From NCBI GenBank assembly GCA_020632445.1, contig JACKFN010000003.1, forward strand, positions 81,118-145,117: 64,000 nt of DNA, given 5' to 3'. The translations under genes and the position numbers were made by a program. Origin of the DNA: Candidatus Nomurabacteria bacterium. GTDB lineage: Bacteria; Patescibacteriota; Patescibacteriia; Magasanikbacterales; UBA922. The notes beneath the pieces were generated by a model. The model was not told the DNA's origin, did not search any database, and saw nothing but the letters and a program-made list of their open reading frames with translations. Below are positions 9,263 to 17,400 of the stretch, piece by piece (the stretch's first letter is position 1; each line of letters begins with the position of its first letter).

Positions 9263-10411
9263 ATGGACAGAATGCCAAACTTTTTGCGGAAGCTGTCGCC
9301 AGCAATGCTGAACGCCTACTGCAAACATAAAAATATAGACTTTACTGTCTCTCCCAAAGAGAAGGATACGGAAAAGATCAAACAGAGCTTCATAGAATGT
9401 TGGGAAAAGCTGGAATATACGGAACGCAATGAGGTTGAAATAGACTTTGGTGCGACCGAGGAGCTCATGTCTAACACAGGATGTGGGCTGCTCCATGATC
9501 TTGCCGTACAAAAGAAAAAAACAATCCCAAAAGAATGGGATAACATGACTACGGCTGACAAGGCTTTGTGGTTTTACCTAAACGATCCTGAAACATTTCG
9601 AGAAGGAGCACTAAGATATGTAGTAGAAAACGCACAAGGTTGGATGACATTCCGAGCTGATGCAGAGTTACCTACAGCAGATTTGGATGCCCGTGTTGGA
9701 AAACTGCAACAACAAATGCAGAAGTATCTCTATGCAAAAGAGAGACGAGGGGCACTTTGTAAAATAGACATGATACAGAAAGACAACTATGTCTGTTTTG
9801 TTGCAAATCCTCAGAATTACCCAAAACGAGAGCCCGAATATGATGAGAAAACAAAGGAGCTCAACAAGGCAACCAGCATAAAACCAATCTATCAACTTTA
9901 CTTCCTATATCGATCGGACGACCAAACATTGAGCATTAAATCTCGATATAGAAAAAACAAGAAGCAAGATTTGGCAAATATGTTTGGTAATCATGTGCTC
10001 AACGTACCCCTTCTGGGAGATAAAATCATCTCGTACAATCTTGATCTGTTGTTAGACCCAGAATTCGAAATGAAAAAGCCACTTGGTCTCGAAAAAGTAG
10101 TACTCAAAAGAGTGCGTCTCAAATCTCGCAGGAACTTCAAACATTCTATCCAGTTAGACCTTGGTACATTAGACGATGGTATAGAACCTCTACGAGAACA
10201 ATTACGTTTGTATAACATAAACCCAACATTCTTTGAGGTGGCTACAGCTACCATGACGTTTTACTTCCAACGACCGAAAGACCCCCGATACAAAAATCAG
10301 AGGTTCGACGTAACTGTTGAGCTGTCAAAACCTCACAGATGTACCTTCAAAAATCGTGATCTGGATGATAAAGCAAGAACAGTATTACATGATTGGGGTA
10401 TTGTGAATTGA
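9263..10411 (+). CDS. Hypothetical protein of unknown function (382 aa), first gene of a two-gene cassette
   Basis: Long ORF with no recognisable motifs; a 2-bp gap to the next gene suggests translational coupling. Confidence 0.5.
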   Translation: MDRMPNFLRKLSPAMLNAYCKHKNIDFTVSPKEKDTEKIKQSFIECWEKLEYTERNEVEIDFGATEELMSNTGCGLLHDLAVQKKKTIPKEWDNMTTADKALWFYLNDPETFREGALRYVVENAQGWMTFRADAELPTADLDARVGKLQQQMQKYLYAKERRGALCKIDMIQKDNYVCFVANPQNYPKREPEYDEKTKELNKATSIKPIYQLYFLYRSDDQTLSIKSRYRKNKKQDLANMFGNHVLNVPLLGDKIISYNLDLLLDPEFEMKKPLGLEKVVLKRVRLKSRRNFKHSIQLDLGTLDDGIEPLREQLRLYNINPTFFEVATATMTFYFQRPKDPRYKNQRFDVTVELSKPHRCTFKNRDLDDKARTVLHDWGIVN

Positions 10412-10412
10412 T

Positions 10413-11351
10413 ATGGTTTTTTCATCCGCAATATCTCTCTTGCACCACAATGAACGTATCCCTCGAGAAGAAATTGAAAAGTATATAAGCAAGGGCATAA
10501 TTGCACATTTGCGAAAGCAGGGTGTATTAAAAGAGAGCGACACACTGTCACACATAACTTGCCAAGAGTGCAACGAATGTCTGTGTGAGGTGGAATCTTT
10601 TGATGGTGGCGTTCGAGCATATTGTGAAACATATAACAGTTTTTACGATCTACCAGAGTCATATTCGCAACCCTCATACAAATTCGACACAAACGGCTTC
10701 CTATCTCTTCTCAAAGAACAATTCGATATCAAAGGTTCGACTGAAAAAATAAGCACCAATTTTTTTAACATCGGTTATCTCAGTACAGATCATACACACA
10801 TATTTTTTTCCTTTGATGATGACCAAAACAACCACTCGCAAGATATAGACCGAATCCTTGGATCAAACGGGAAAGCACTTATTGTTGTACCATTTTCTGC
10901 TTCGCAGTATACGTATACGGGAAACCGTGTTCGACCAGTAAGCTTGGACAGTGTTGGAAAATTTACTTCTCGTGCAATATCTTGGGATAAGGAAGAGTTT
11001 GAGTACATTGTAGAAAGTACCTTTCGTAGTGTTGAGTTTACTCTGCATGGAGAGCTCAAACACAACGGGGTAATTTTACGAGACTATGCCTCGGGGACGA
11101 ACCAATATGCTTTCCTCAAGACATTGTTTGATAGCTTCGGTAGAACGGTTACAAATGAAACGCTTTTTGATAATGCAAAAAAGACAGTACCAAACTTTAG
11201 ATATACCAGTCCGTCATCTTTCGCAGAGAAAACAAAGTCTAACATCTGCAATAAAGACAAGGAAACCAAAGATATTGTGGAAAAGATCATTGTTCCTGCG
11301 AGTGCAGCGGGATCAAAAAAAGGCTACAGAATGACAAATCCTCAAGCATAA
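10413..11351 (+). CDS. Hypothetical protein (312 aa) with an N-terminal Cys cluster (CQECNECLC...C), second gene of the cassette
   Basis: ORF; only a putative zinc-ribbon-like Cys cluster is recognisable. Confidence 0.5.
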   Translation: MVFSSAISLLHHNERIPREEIEKYISKGIIAHLRKQGVLKESDTLSHITCQECNECLCEVESFDGGVRAYCETYNSFYDLPESYSQPSYKFDTNGFLSLLKEQFDIKGSTEKISTNFFNIGYLSTDHTHIFFSFDDDQNNHSQDIDRILGSNGKALIVVPFSASQYTYTGNRVRPVSLDSVGKFTSRAISWDKEEFEYIVESTFRSVEFTLHGELKHNGVILRDYASGTNQYAFLKTLFDSFGRTVTNETLFDNAKKTVPNFRYTSPSSFAEKTKSNICNKDKETKDIVEKIIVPASAAGSKKGYRMTNPQA

Positions 11352-11352
11352 T

Positions 11353-11392
11353 GTCAGCAATCCGTCAGCGATTGTCAGCAAAATGTCCGCAA
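11353..11392 (+). promoter_or_regulatory. Iteron-like array: four direct repeats GTC(A/C)GC(A/G)A starting at 11353, 11364, 11374 and 11385 (10-11 bp phasing)
   Basis: Read directly in the sequence; begins 2 bp after the stop of the upstream gene. Confidence 0.55.
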
Positions 11393-11411
11393 CAACCTAC
11401 CTTAGAATAGA

Positions 11412-11435
11412 ATCACGGTAACCCGTGATTTTTCG
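11412..11435 (+). terminator. Hairpin ATCACGG-TAAC-CCGTGAT followed by TTTTCG; terminator-like or operator inverted repeat
   Basis: Perfect 7-bp inverted repeat plus T-run; the motif aaCCGTGAT recurs at 11455-11463. Confidence 0.4.
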
Positions 11436-11488
11436 TTGCAACGTCAAACAAAGGAAACCGTGATGTTTATCAATTAACATTACGACTT

Positions 11489-11764
11489 ATGACTAAAGAA
11501 CATTCCTACGTTCCCTTTCTTGAGGACTACCCAAATCCATTTTCAAGCTACGACATTGGCATGTGTGCGGGCTTGGTAAGCGTTGGCTACCAGCTTCTAC
11601 ACATAGACAAGTCAAAGGGAGCAAAAGCACTTTTCCTCTTTGAAAACAGCGATGAGATTGTTGAATCCGCTCAACAATACTGGCGAGGAGAATTGCAGGT
11701 CGATGCACTTGCGTACTTCAACGCACTCAAGAATATCAAGAACCAGTTGTACTCACAGCGATAG
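11489..11764 (+). CDS. Hypothetical small protein (91 aa)
   Basis: ORF only; lies within the element between the iteron array and the primase. Confidence 0.3.
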   Translation: MTKEHSYVPFLEDYPNPFSSYDIGMCAGLVSVGYQLLHIDKSKGAKALFLFENSDEIVESAQQYWRGELQVDALAYFNALKNIKNQLYSQR

Positions 11765-11933
11765 ATATGCTCTCTGACGAAATGGTCGAGAAATTTCGAG
11801 AGCTGTATCGCAAACGCTATGGCGAAGACATCTCAAAAGAAGATGCACTCATGCAAGGTACAGCTCTCCTGCGGATGATGAAAGTGATCTATCGACCACT
11901 CCCAAAAGGAGAAAAAAAACATACTCAATAAAC

Positions 11934-12170
11934 ATGAACATTATGAAATCTATTGAAAGACGGTTTAACCGAATCTCAAAAAAATACACTGGCTGGAGCT
12001 CATATCTCTGCTTTGTAGAAGCGATAACAGGACAATACTTTCGTCGTCGGACGATCCAGTATTGGTTCAATAAGCTGGTAGACAAAGACGACTACAGCAA
12101 AGGTGACAAACAACAAATCATTAACTTCCTCGAGCATCTATCAAATGAGCGTGAGGAAAGCACGAAATAA
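11934..12170 (+). CDS. Hypothetical small protein (78 aa); starts ATGAACATTATG
   Basis: ORF; carries the recurrent start-site motif. Confidence 0.3.
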   Translation: MNIMKSIERRFNRISKKYTGWSSYLCFVEAITGQYFRRRTIQYWFNKLVDKDDYSKGDKQQIINFLEHLSNEREESTK

Positions 12171-12248
12171 GGCGTAAATTGCCCTCTGCGTGCTTTTCTT
12201 GAGCCCAGAGGGCATAGATGCCATGACGATTAACATTAACCAAATACT

Positions 12249-14438
12249 ATGGAATTTCAGACAATTACCATTAGCCAATATCTCAAAGAAAAAGGGATGG
12301 AATTTGTGGAGCGAAATGGTGAGATAGTAACACGATGCGTATTCAATGACTGCGACGCTGATAGCAGAGCAAACGAGGCTCACCTATATTTTGATGCAGA
12401 GACAGGACAGTACGATTGCAAAAAATGTGGTGAACAAGGAAACATAATTACACTCGCAAGACATCTTGGTGACACACTTGAAGATGTAGCAAAAGAAAAA
12501 ACACAGCCCAGTAAAAAACGGAAGAAAAACGGTATAACCATTACGGACGTTGAAAGATGTCACAAAGCTCTTCCAGATCGAATACGAGAGTACCTGCACG
12601 ATCGAGGAATTACAGACGAGCTTATCTCGCACTTCAAACTAGGCTGGGGTGAATTTTATGGTTCACAATGGATCACCATACCTATCAAAGATATTGATGG
12701 GAATTTTTCGTTCTTCAAATTACGGCGTGACCCTGACCAAGAAACCGAAGACGGAAAATATCGGTTCTACCCTGCTGGAAGTAAAGCAACGCTCTTTGGC
12801 TGGGATATGCTCAAAGGTAACACGGACATGATCGTGATCTGTGAGGGAGAATTCGATGCAATACTTCTCACCAGCCTTGGTATCCCCACACTAACATCTA
12901 CCGCAGGGGCAGGAACATTCAAAGACGAGTGGATACCGCATTTGAAAAACTTGAAAAACATTCACATTTGCTTTGACAAAGATGACGCTGGAGCGAAAGG
13001 AGTAGAAAAGCTGGTAGCACAGCTCGATACGCATTTGAGTAAGACCGCAATACACCAGATAACATTGCCAGATCGAATGACTGACGGAAAGGACGTTACT
13101 GATTACATAACCAAGCACAACGGAAACCCAGATGAACTACTGAAAGAATGCTCAAAACAAGTTGCAGGAAGACAGCCCATTGATACGTCTAAATTCAAAC
13201 CACTCACCTCAGATGATGTTGTTCGAGTGCTCGGGCTGACAATCAAGAAAGATGAAGAGAACAAGCTCATCACGTTTCTTTGTGCATTGTCTGCATATAC
13301 TGAGCAATCCCAATTCAATCTGAGCTTCAATGCTCCGTCTTCCACGGGAAAAAGTTTTATCCCTATGGAAGTATCGACACTCTTTCCTACAGAAGACGTA
13401 ATGAAGCTCGGTGACTGCTCACCAAAGGCGTTTTTTCACGAACAAGGAGAATACGACAAAGAGAGCAACACGATGCTTGTTGATCTATCGAGAAAGATAC
13501 TTATATTCCTTGATCAGCCACACAATAGCTTGCTCGAACGTCTTCGTTCACTCTTATCTCACGATCAGAAAGAGATGATCTCAAAGATTACAGACAAGAA
13601 CAGAAAAGGTGGAAACCAGACAAAGACAGTTATCCTTCGTGGGTATCCTGCTGTTATCTTTTGTAGTGCTGGATTGAAGATAGACGAACAAGAAAGTACT
13701 CGGTTTATTCTTCTCTCCCCACAAACGAGCCAAGAGAAACTGCGGTTTTCAATCCAAGAAAAGATCAAGAAGGAGTCTGACTACGAAACGTATCGAGATG
13801 ATCTCAATGCTAATCCAGAACGAGCACTACTCAAAGAGCGAATTGAGGCAATCAAAGATGAGGCGATTGATGAAATACGCATTGAAAACCCAGAATTGAT
13901 AGAACAAGAATTTTTCTCTAAACGTGCAAAGCTGAAGCCTCGTCACCAACGTGACATTGGTCGGCTGATGGGGCTTACAAAGATATTTGCTCTCCTGAAT
14001 GTCTGGTTTCGAGAACGTGAAGGCTCAACAATCGTGGCAACAAAAGAAGACTTTGAAGAAGCACTCAAGCTCTGGAACAAGATATCCGAAAGCCAAGAAT
14101 ACAATCTTCCTCCATACGTGTATGAGCTATACAAGGATGTTATTGTCCCAGCATACGATGAAAAAAATGCGTTTGGGCTTGCTGCTGATCCTTCAGGAAT
14201 TACAAGAAAAGAGATACTGCAAAAGCACTATGAGGTATATGGACGTATGGTACAGGACTGGCAAATGAGACAGCAGATCATACCGATGCTAGAAACGGCA
14301 GGTCTCATATCACAAGACCCTGATCCTGATGACAAACGGCGTATTCTTATTACCCCTACAGACAAACTCACTACTTCCACAGACTCTGAAAAAGATATAG
14401 TGAGCGACACTGGGGACGTAGGTACAATTTCCCTGTAA
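12249..14438 (+). CDS. Phage/plasmid-type DNA primase: CHC2 zinc finger plus TOPRIM plus C-terminal P-loop domain
   Basis: CVFNDCDADSR...CKKCG zinc finger; TOPRIM MIVICEGEFDAILL; Walker-A-like APSSTGKSF. Confidence 0.75.
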   Translation: MEFQTITISQYLKEKGMEFVERNGEIVTRCVFNDCDADSRANEAHLYFDAETGQYDCKKCGEQGNIITLARHLGDTLEDVAKEKTQPSKKRKKNGITITDVERCHKALPDRIREYLHDRGITDELISHFKLGWGEFYGSQWITIPIKDIDGNFSFFKLRRDPDQETEDGKYRFYPAGSKATLFGWDMLKGNTDMIVICEGEFDAILLTSLGIPTLTSTAGAGTFKDEWIPHLKNLKNIHICFDKDDAGAKGVEKLVAQLDTHLSKTAIHQITLPDRMTDGKDVTDYITKHNGNPDELLKECSKQVAGRQPIDTSKFKPLTSDDVVRVLGLTIKKDEENKLITFLCALSAYTEQSQFNLSFNAPSSTGKSFIPMEVSTLFPTEDVMKLGDCSPKAFFHEQGEYDKESNTMLVDLSRKILIFLDQPHNSLLERLRSLLSHDQKEMISKITDKNRKGGNQTKTVILRGYPAVIFCSAGLKIDEQESTRFILLSPQTSQEKLRFSIQEKIKKESDYETYRDDLNANPERALLKERIEAIKDEAIDEIRIENPELIEQEFFSKRAKLKPRHQRDIGRLMGLTKIFALLNVWFREREGSTIVATKEDFEEALKLWNKISESQEYNLPPYVYELYKDVIVPAYDEKNAFGLAADPSGITRKEILQKHYEVYGRMVQDWQMRQQIIPMLETAGLISQDPDPDDKRRILITPTDKLTTSTDSEKDIVSDTGDVGTISL

Positions 14439-14541
14439 AAACAAGTAATTAACTGGACAAGGTTCTGTAAATACTCCCTAGGGAAAGGAGCTTATTCTCT
14501 AATGATTTCGGTAAATTCAGAACCTGATAAAACCTTACATT

Positions 14542-15171
14542 ATGGGAAGATACTACTGGAACAAAAAAGACGAAGCAGATGACTGCAAAAAAATAGAAAT
14601 ATGGACACTCAAGAAATGGGGCTATCTTGATACGTCCTTTCGTTCGGGAACAATCACATGGACGCACGGATACAGCGGAAACAAAAGTAGTGTGGGTATA
14701 CAAAGTGTTATGTGGAAGGACGAGGGGCAGTATATCCGCATACACTATACCCAGACAGACTGGCGTACCGAGGAAAAGACAGACTTCGACTACCAAATAC
14801 CGCTCACCACAACAGAATGTCACTTCGGAGGTATACGCTACTGGTTTCGCTGTCCGTGGTACAAAAATGGTGTCTATTGTGGCAGACGTGTTGGTGTGAT
14901 CTACAAAAACGGAGATTACTTTGCCTGTAGACACTGTTACGAGCTGTCATACGCCAGCAGAAACGAGAACCGAAAACATGCGTTGTCTGGACTCGGCAGA
15001 ATGCTTGATCTGGAACGAAAAATAGAAAAGCTCCAAGAAGAAATAACCACTCCATTCTACAATGGACGACCAACAAGAAAATATCGAAGGCTTATAGAGC
15101 TAAAAAGGCAATACTATGGCTTTGATGCAGAAAAAGTCTTGAGAGATATGGATAGAATGCTTGGTTCGTGA
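14542..15171 (+). CDS. Hypothetical zinc-ribbon protein (209 aa)
   Basis: Cys cluster CHFGGIRYWFRCPWYKNGVYCGRRV...CRHC; located immediately upstream of the recombinase. Confidence 0.4.
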   Translation: MGRYYWNKKDEADDCKKIEIWTLKKWGYLDTSFRSGTITWTHGYSGNKSSVGIQSVMWKDEGQYIRIHYTQTDWRTEEKTDFDYQIPLTTTECHFGGIRYWFRCPWYKNGVYCGRRVGVIYKNGDYFACRHCYELSYASRNENRKHALSGLGRMLDLERKIEKLQEEITTPFYNGRPTRKYRRLIELKRQYYGFDAEKVLRDMDRMLGS

Positions 15172-15313
15172 TATAATTACATCGCTTACCCAATGTACAA
15201 TTTTTGTCAAAAGATTTTTTATTTGTTGCCAGTAAGGGGCAGTCCTCCAACAAATATGTCTTTTGGCATGTGCGTTGGGTAAGCAGGGCTGTCCCTTTTT
15301 GTAACCAAAAAAT

Positions 15314-16918
15314 ATGGATTACCATGACAATAAACAATACAAATACTTTCTCTATGCGAGAAAATCATCGGAAAGCGAAGACCGACAAGTCCAATCAATC
15401 GATGATCAAACTGATCGGCTAAAAGAGCTGGCACAAACGCTCGGTATTACCATAAAACAGATATTTACTGAGGCAAAATCAGCGAAGAAGCCAAACAATA
15501 GACCAGTCTTCACAGAAATGATGGAACGGATCGAAGCTGGAGAAGCTGATGGGATACTATGTTGGCAGATCAATCGTCTTTCACGCAATCCAATTGATAG
15601 TGCTCAGATACAGTGGCTACTACAGAAAAAAGTGCTCAAGTCTATCCAAACCATTGATCGTGAATACAGACCAGAAGACAATGTGCTTCTCTTCAATGTT
15701 GAAAGTGGAATGGCGAATCAGTTTATCCTTGATCTCAGCAAGAATGTAAAACGTGGAAACTTGTGCAAGGTAAAAAATGGGTGGAAACCCGGTCTTGCAC
15801 CTATTGGATATTTGAATGAACTGGAAAACCATACCATAATCCCTGACCCTGAACGATTTGATCTCATACGTAGAGCATGGGACTACATGCTGACAGGAAA
15901 CTATACCGTTCCCCAAATACACAAGATGCTCAATGACGACTGGGGCTTCCGAACAAAGAAAAGAAAACGATCTGGAGGTAAACCAGTAGCACTGAGCAGT
16001 ATGTACAAGATATTCAGCAATATCTTCTATGCTGGTGTACTTCTTTACGATGGCAAGGAGTATGCAGGAAAACACAAAACAATGATCACGCTTGAAGAGT
16101 ATGACCAAGTGCAGGTTATTCTCGGAAAAAAAGGAAAACCAAGACCAAAGACGTATACCTTTGCCTTTACTGGCATGATTAGATGTGGTGAGTGTGGCTG
16201 TAGTATCACTGCGGAAAAGAAGAAAAAGTTTATCAAGAGCGAGCAAGAACTTCGCTACTACACGTACTATCACTGCACTCGTAGAAAACGAGAAGTAAAT
16301 TGCTCGCAAAGAAAATCGATCAGTGAGACAACCTTAGAAAACCTGATATTAGAAGAAGTCGGCAAGCTGACCATTCTTCCAGAGTTTTTTGATTGGGCTA
16401 TGGAAGCACTGAACCAAGATAATGATAATGAGATTGTGGATCGAACCAAGATATACGAAATGCAACACCAGTCTCTGACGAAAACACAAAAAGAGCTCGA
16501 TAATCTCACCAAAATGAGATACAGAGAGCTGATTGACGATGAAATGTTTATCAAAGAGAGCGAGGAGCTCAAAGCAAAAATCAAAAAGCTACAGCAAGAA
16601 CTTCGGGAAACTGAGAAACGTGCAGAAGATTGGCTCGAGCTCACAGAAAAGGCATTTCACTTTGCCAGATACGCACGAGAACACTTTGATGGCGGTAGTA
16701 TTGAGGAAAAAAAGGAAGTACTGAGCGGATTAGGTTCGAACTTTTTGCTAAAAGACCAAAAACTAGATATTTCCCTTCACAGTTACTTTGAACCGATAAA
16801 AAACGGGTATAAAACGCTTGAAGCTGAGTATCTAGCGTTAGAACCAAACAAATTTGCCTCAACAAAAGTAAAAACAGAGGCTTTGACCTCTGTCATTACA
16901 CGTTGGCAGGCGAGGTAG
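15314..16918 (+). CDS. Large serine recombinase (resolvase catalytic domain, recombinase domain, zinc ribbon, coiled coil); putative integrase of the element
   Basis: YARKSSESEDRQVQSIDDQ catalytic region; CGECGCS...HCTRRKREVNC zinc ribbon; 3' end overlaps the tRNA-Trp 3' end. Confidence 0.8.
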   Translation: MDYHDNKQYKYFLYARKSSESEDRQVQSIDDQTDRLKELAQTLGITIKQIFTEAKSAKKPNNRPVFTEMMERIEAGEADGILCWQINRLSRNPIDSAQIQWLLQKKVLKSIQTIDREYRPEDNVLLFNVESGMANQFILDLSKNVKRGNLCKVKNGWKPGLAPIGYLNELENHTIIPDPERFDLIRRAWDYMLTGNYTVPQIHKMLNDDWGFRTKKRKRSGGKPVALSSMYKIFSNIFYAGVLLYDGKEYAGKHKTMITLEEYDQVQVILGKKGKPRPKTYTFAFTGMIRCGECGCSITAEKKKKFIKSEQELRYYTYYHCTRRKREVNCSQRKSISETTLENLILEEVGKLTILPEFFDWAMEALNQDNDNEIVDRTKIYEMQHQSLTKTQKELDNLTKMRYRELIDDEMFIKESEELKAKIKKLQQELRETEKRAEDWLELTEKAFHFARYAREHFDGGSIEEKKEVLSGLGSNFLLKDQKLDISLHSYFEPIKNGYKTLEAEYLALEPNKFASTKVKTEALTSVITRWQAR

Positions 16919-16977
16919 GAATCGAACCCACGCAATTGGTTTTGGAGACCAATGTACTACCACTATACGACTCGCCC
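16905..16977 (-). tRNA. tRNA-Trp (anticodon CCA), 73 nt with encoded CCA
   Basis: The reverse complement folds as a cloverleaf: acceptor stem GGGCGAG/CTCGCCT, anticodon loop CTCCAAA, T-loop GGTTCGATTCC. Confidence 0.75.
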
Positions 16978-17064
16978 ATAGACTTGGACATTGTACTAAA
17001 ATTTGCACCAACTTTCAACCCCATACACCAAAAGCAGCTTTCGCTGCTTTATGGTCATCACACA

Positions 17065-17235
17065 TTATTTGGTTTCTTCGTACACCGTGTGTGCGTTGGC
17101 AATAGGGTTGTACTTTTTGAGACTCAATCTATCCTTGTGAGTTTTCTTGTTCTTCTTGGTATAGATGATGTGCCCCTTTCCCTTGCCATTGTCGTCGCCC
17201 TTTGATTTGAGCTTGATAAGATTATCTTGAGACAT
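17065..17235 (-). CDS. rpmG: 50S ribosomal protein L33 (56 aa; absent from the ORF track because it is under 60 aa)
   Basis: Hand translation gives MSQDNLIKLKSKGDDNGKGKGHIIYTKKNKKTHKDRLSLKKYNPIANAHTVYEETK, which matches the L33 pattern. Confidence 0.75.
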   Translation of the reverse strand: MSQDNLIKLKSKGDDNGKGKGHIIYTKKNKKTHKDRLSLKKYNPIANAHTVYEETK

Positions 17236-17400
17236 ACTCGTTTATTTACAAAGTAGCACCAGTATACTATACTTGCTCTGAGCTGTCAAGGGGATAAAAG
17301 ACCCTGTTTTTTCACATATTTTAGCGAAAAACATACTTTTGTAAGAGAGTCTTGAAAAACAGACAAAAATCTTGTAAAATAGCTGTATTAACCGAAACCT

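Larger units (their letters stand above)
1912..16918. mobile_element. Putative integrative element (at least 15 kb) inserted at the tRNA-Trp 3' end; the left boundary is uncertain and may lie outside the window
   Basis: Integrase overlaps the tRNA; cargo includes primase, excisionase-like HTH, Type III R-M, APH and unknown proteins; a start-site motif is shared from 3482 to 11945; the candidate degenerate att-like repeats at 1268-1294 and 1912-1938 resemble the tRNA 3' end only weakly. Confidence 0.45.

Noticed and set aside
11353-11392. Possibility that the direct-repeat array is a CRISPR array
   Set aside because: The repeats are only 8 bp with 2-3 bp between them, with no spacers and no cas genes. 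Phased iterons fit better.
15620-16309. 229-aa minus-strand ORF inside the serine recombinase gene; likewise 53598-54305 inside murF and 59168-59728 inside clp
   Set aside because: They are antisense to strongly supported genes, have no motifs and are composition-driven.
16903-17205. 100-aa plus-strand ORF
   Set aside because: It overlaps the tRNA-Trp and lies antisense to rpmG; there is no protein-like signal.
17236-17400. Weak hairpin GGGGATAAAAGACCCTGTTTTTT upstream of rpmG
   Set aside because: The stem is only 4-5 bp, and it sits upstream of rpmG on the opposite strand with no plus-strand gene ending there, so it is not a credible terminator. The region more plausibly holds divergent promoters (TTGAAA...TGTAAAAT for the ligase-like gene).
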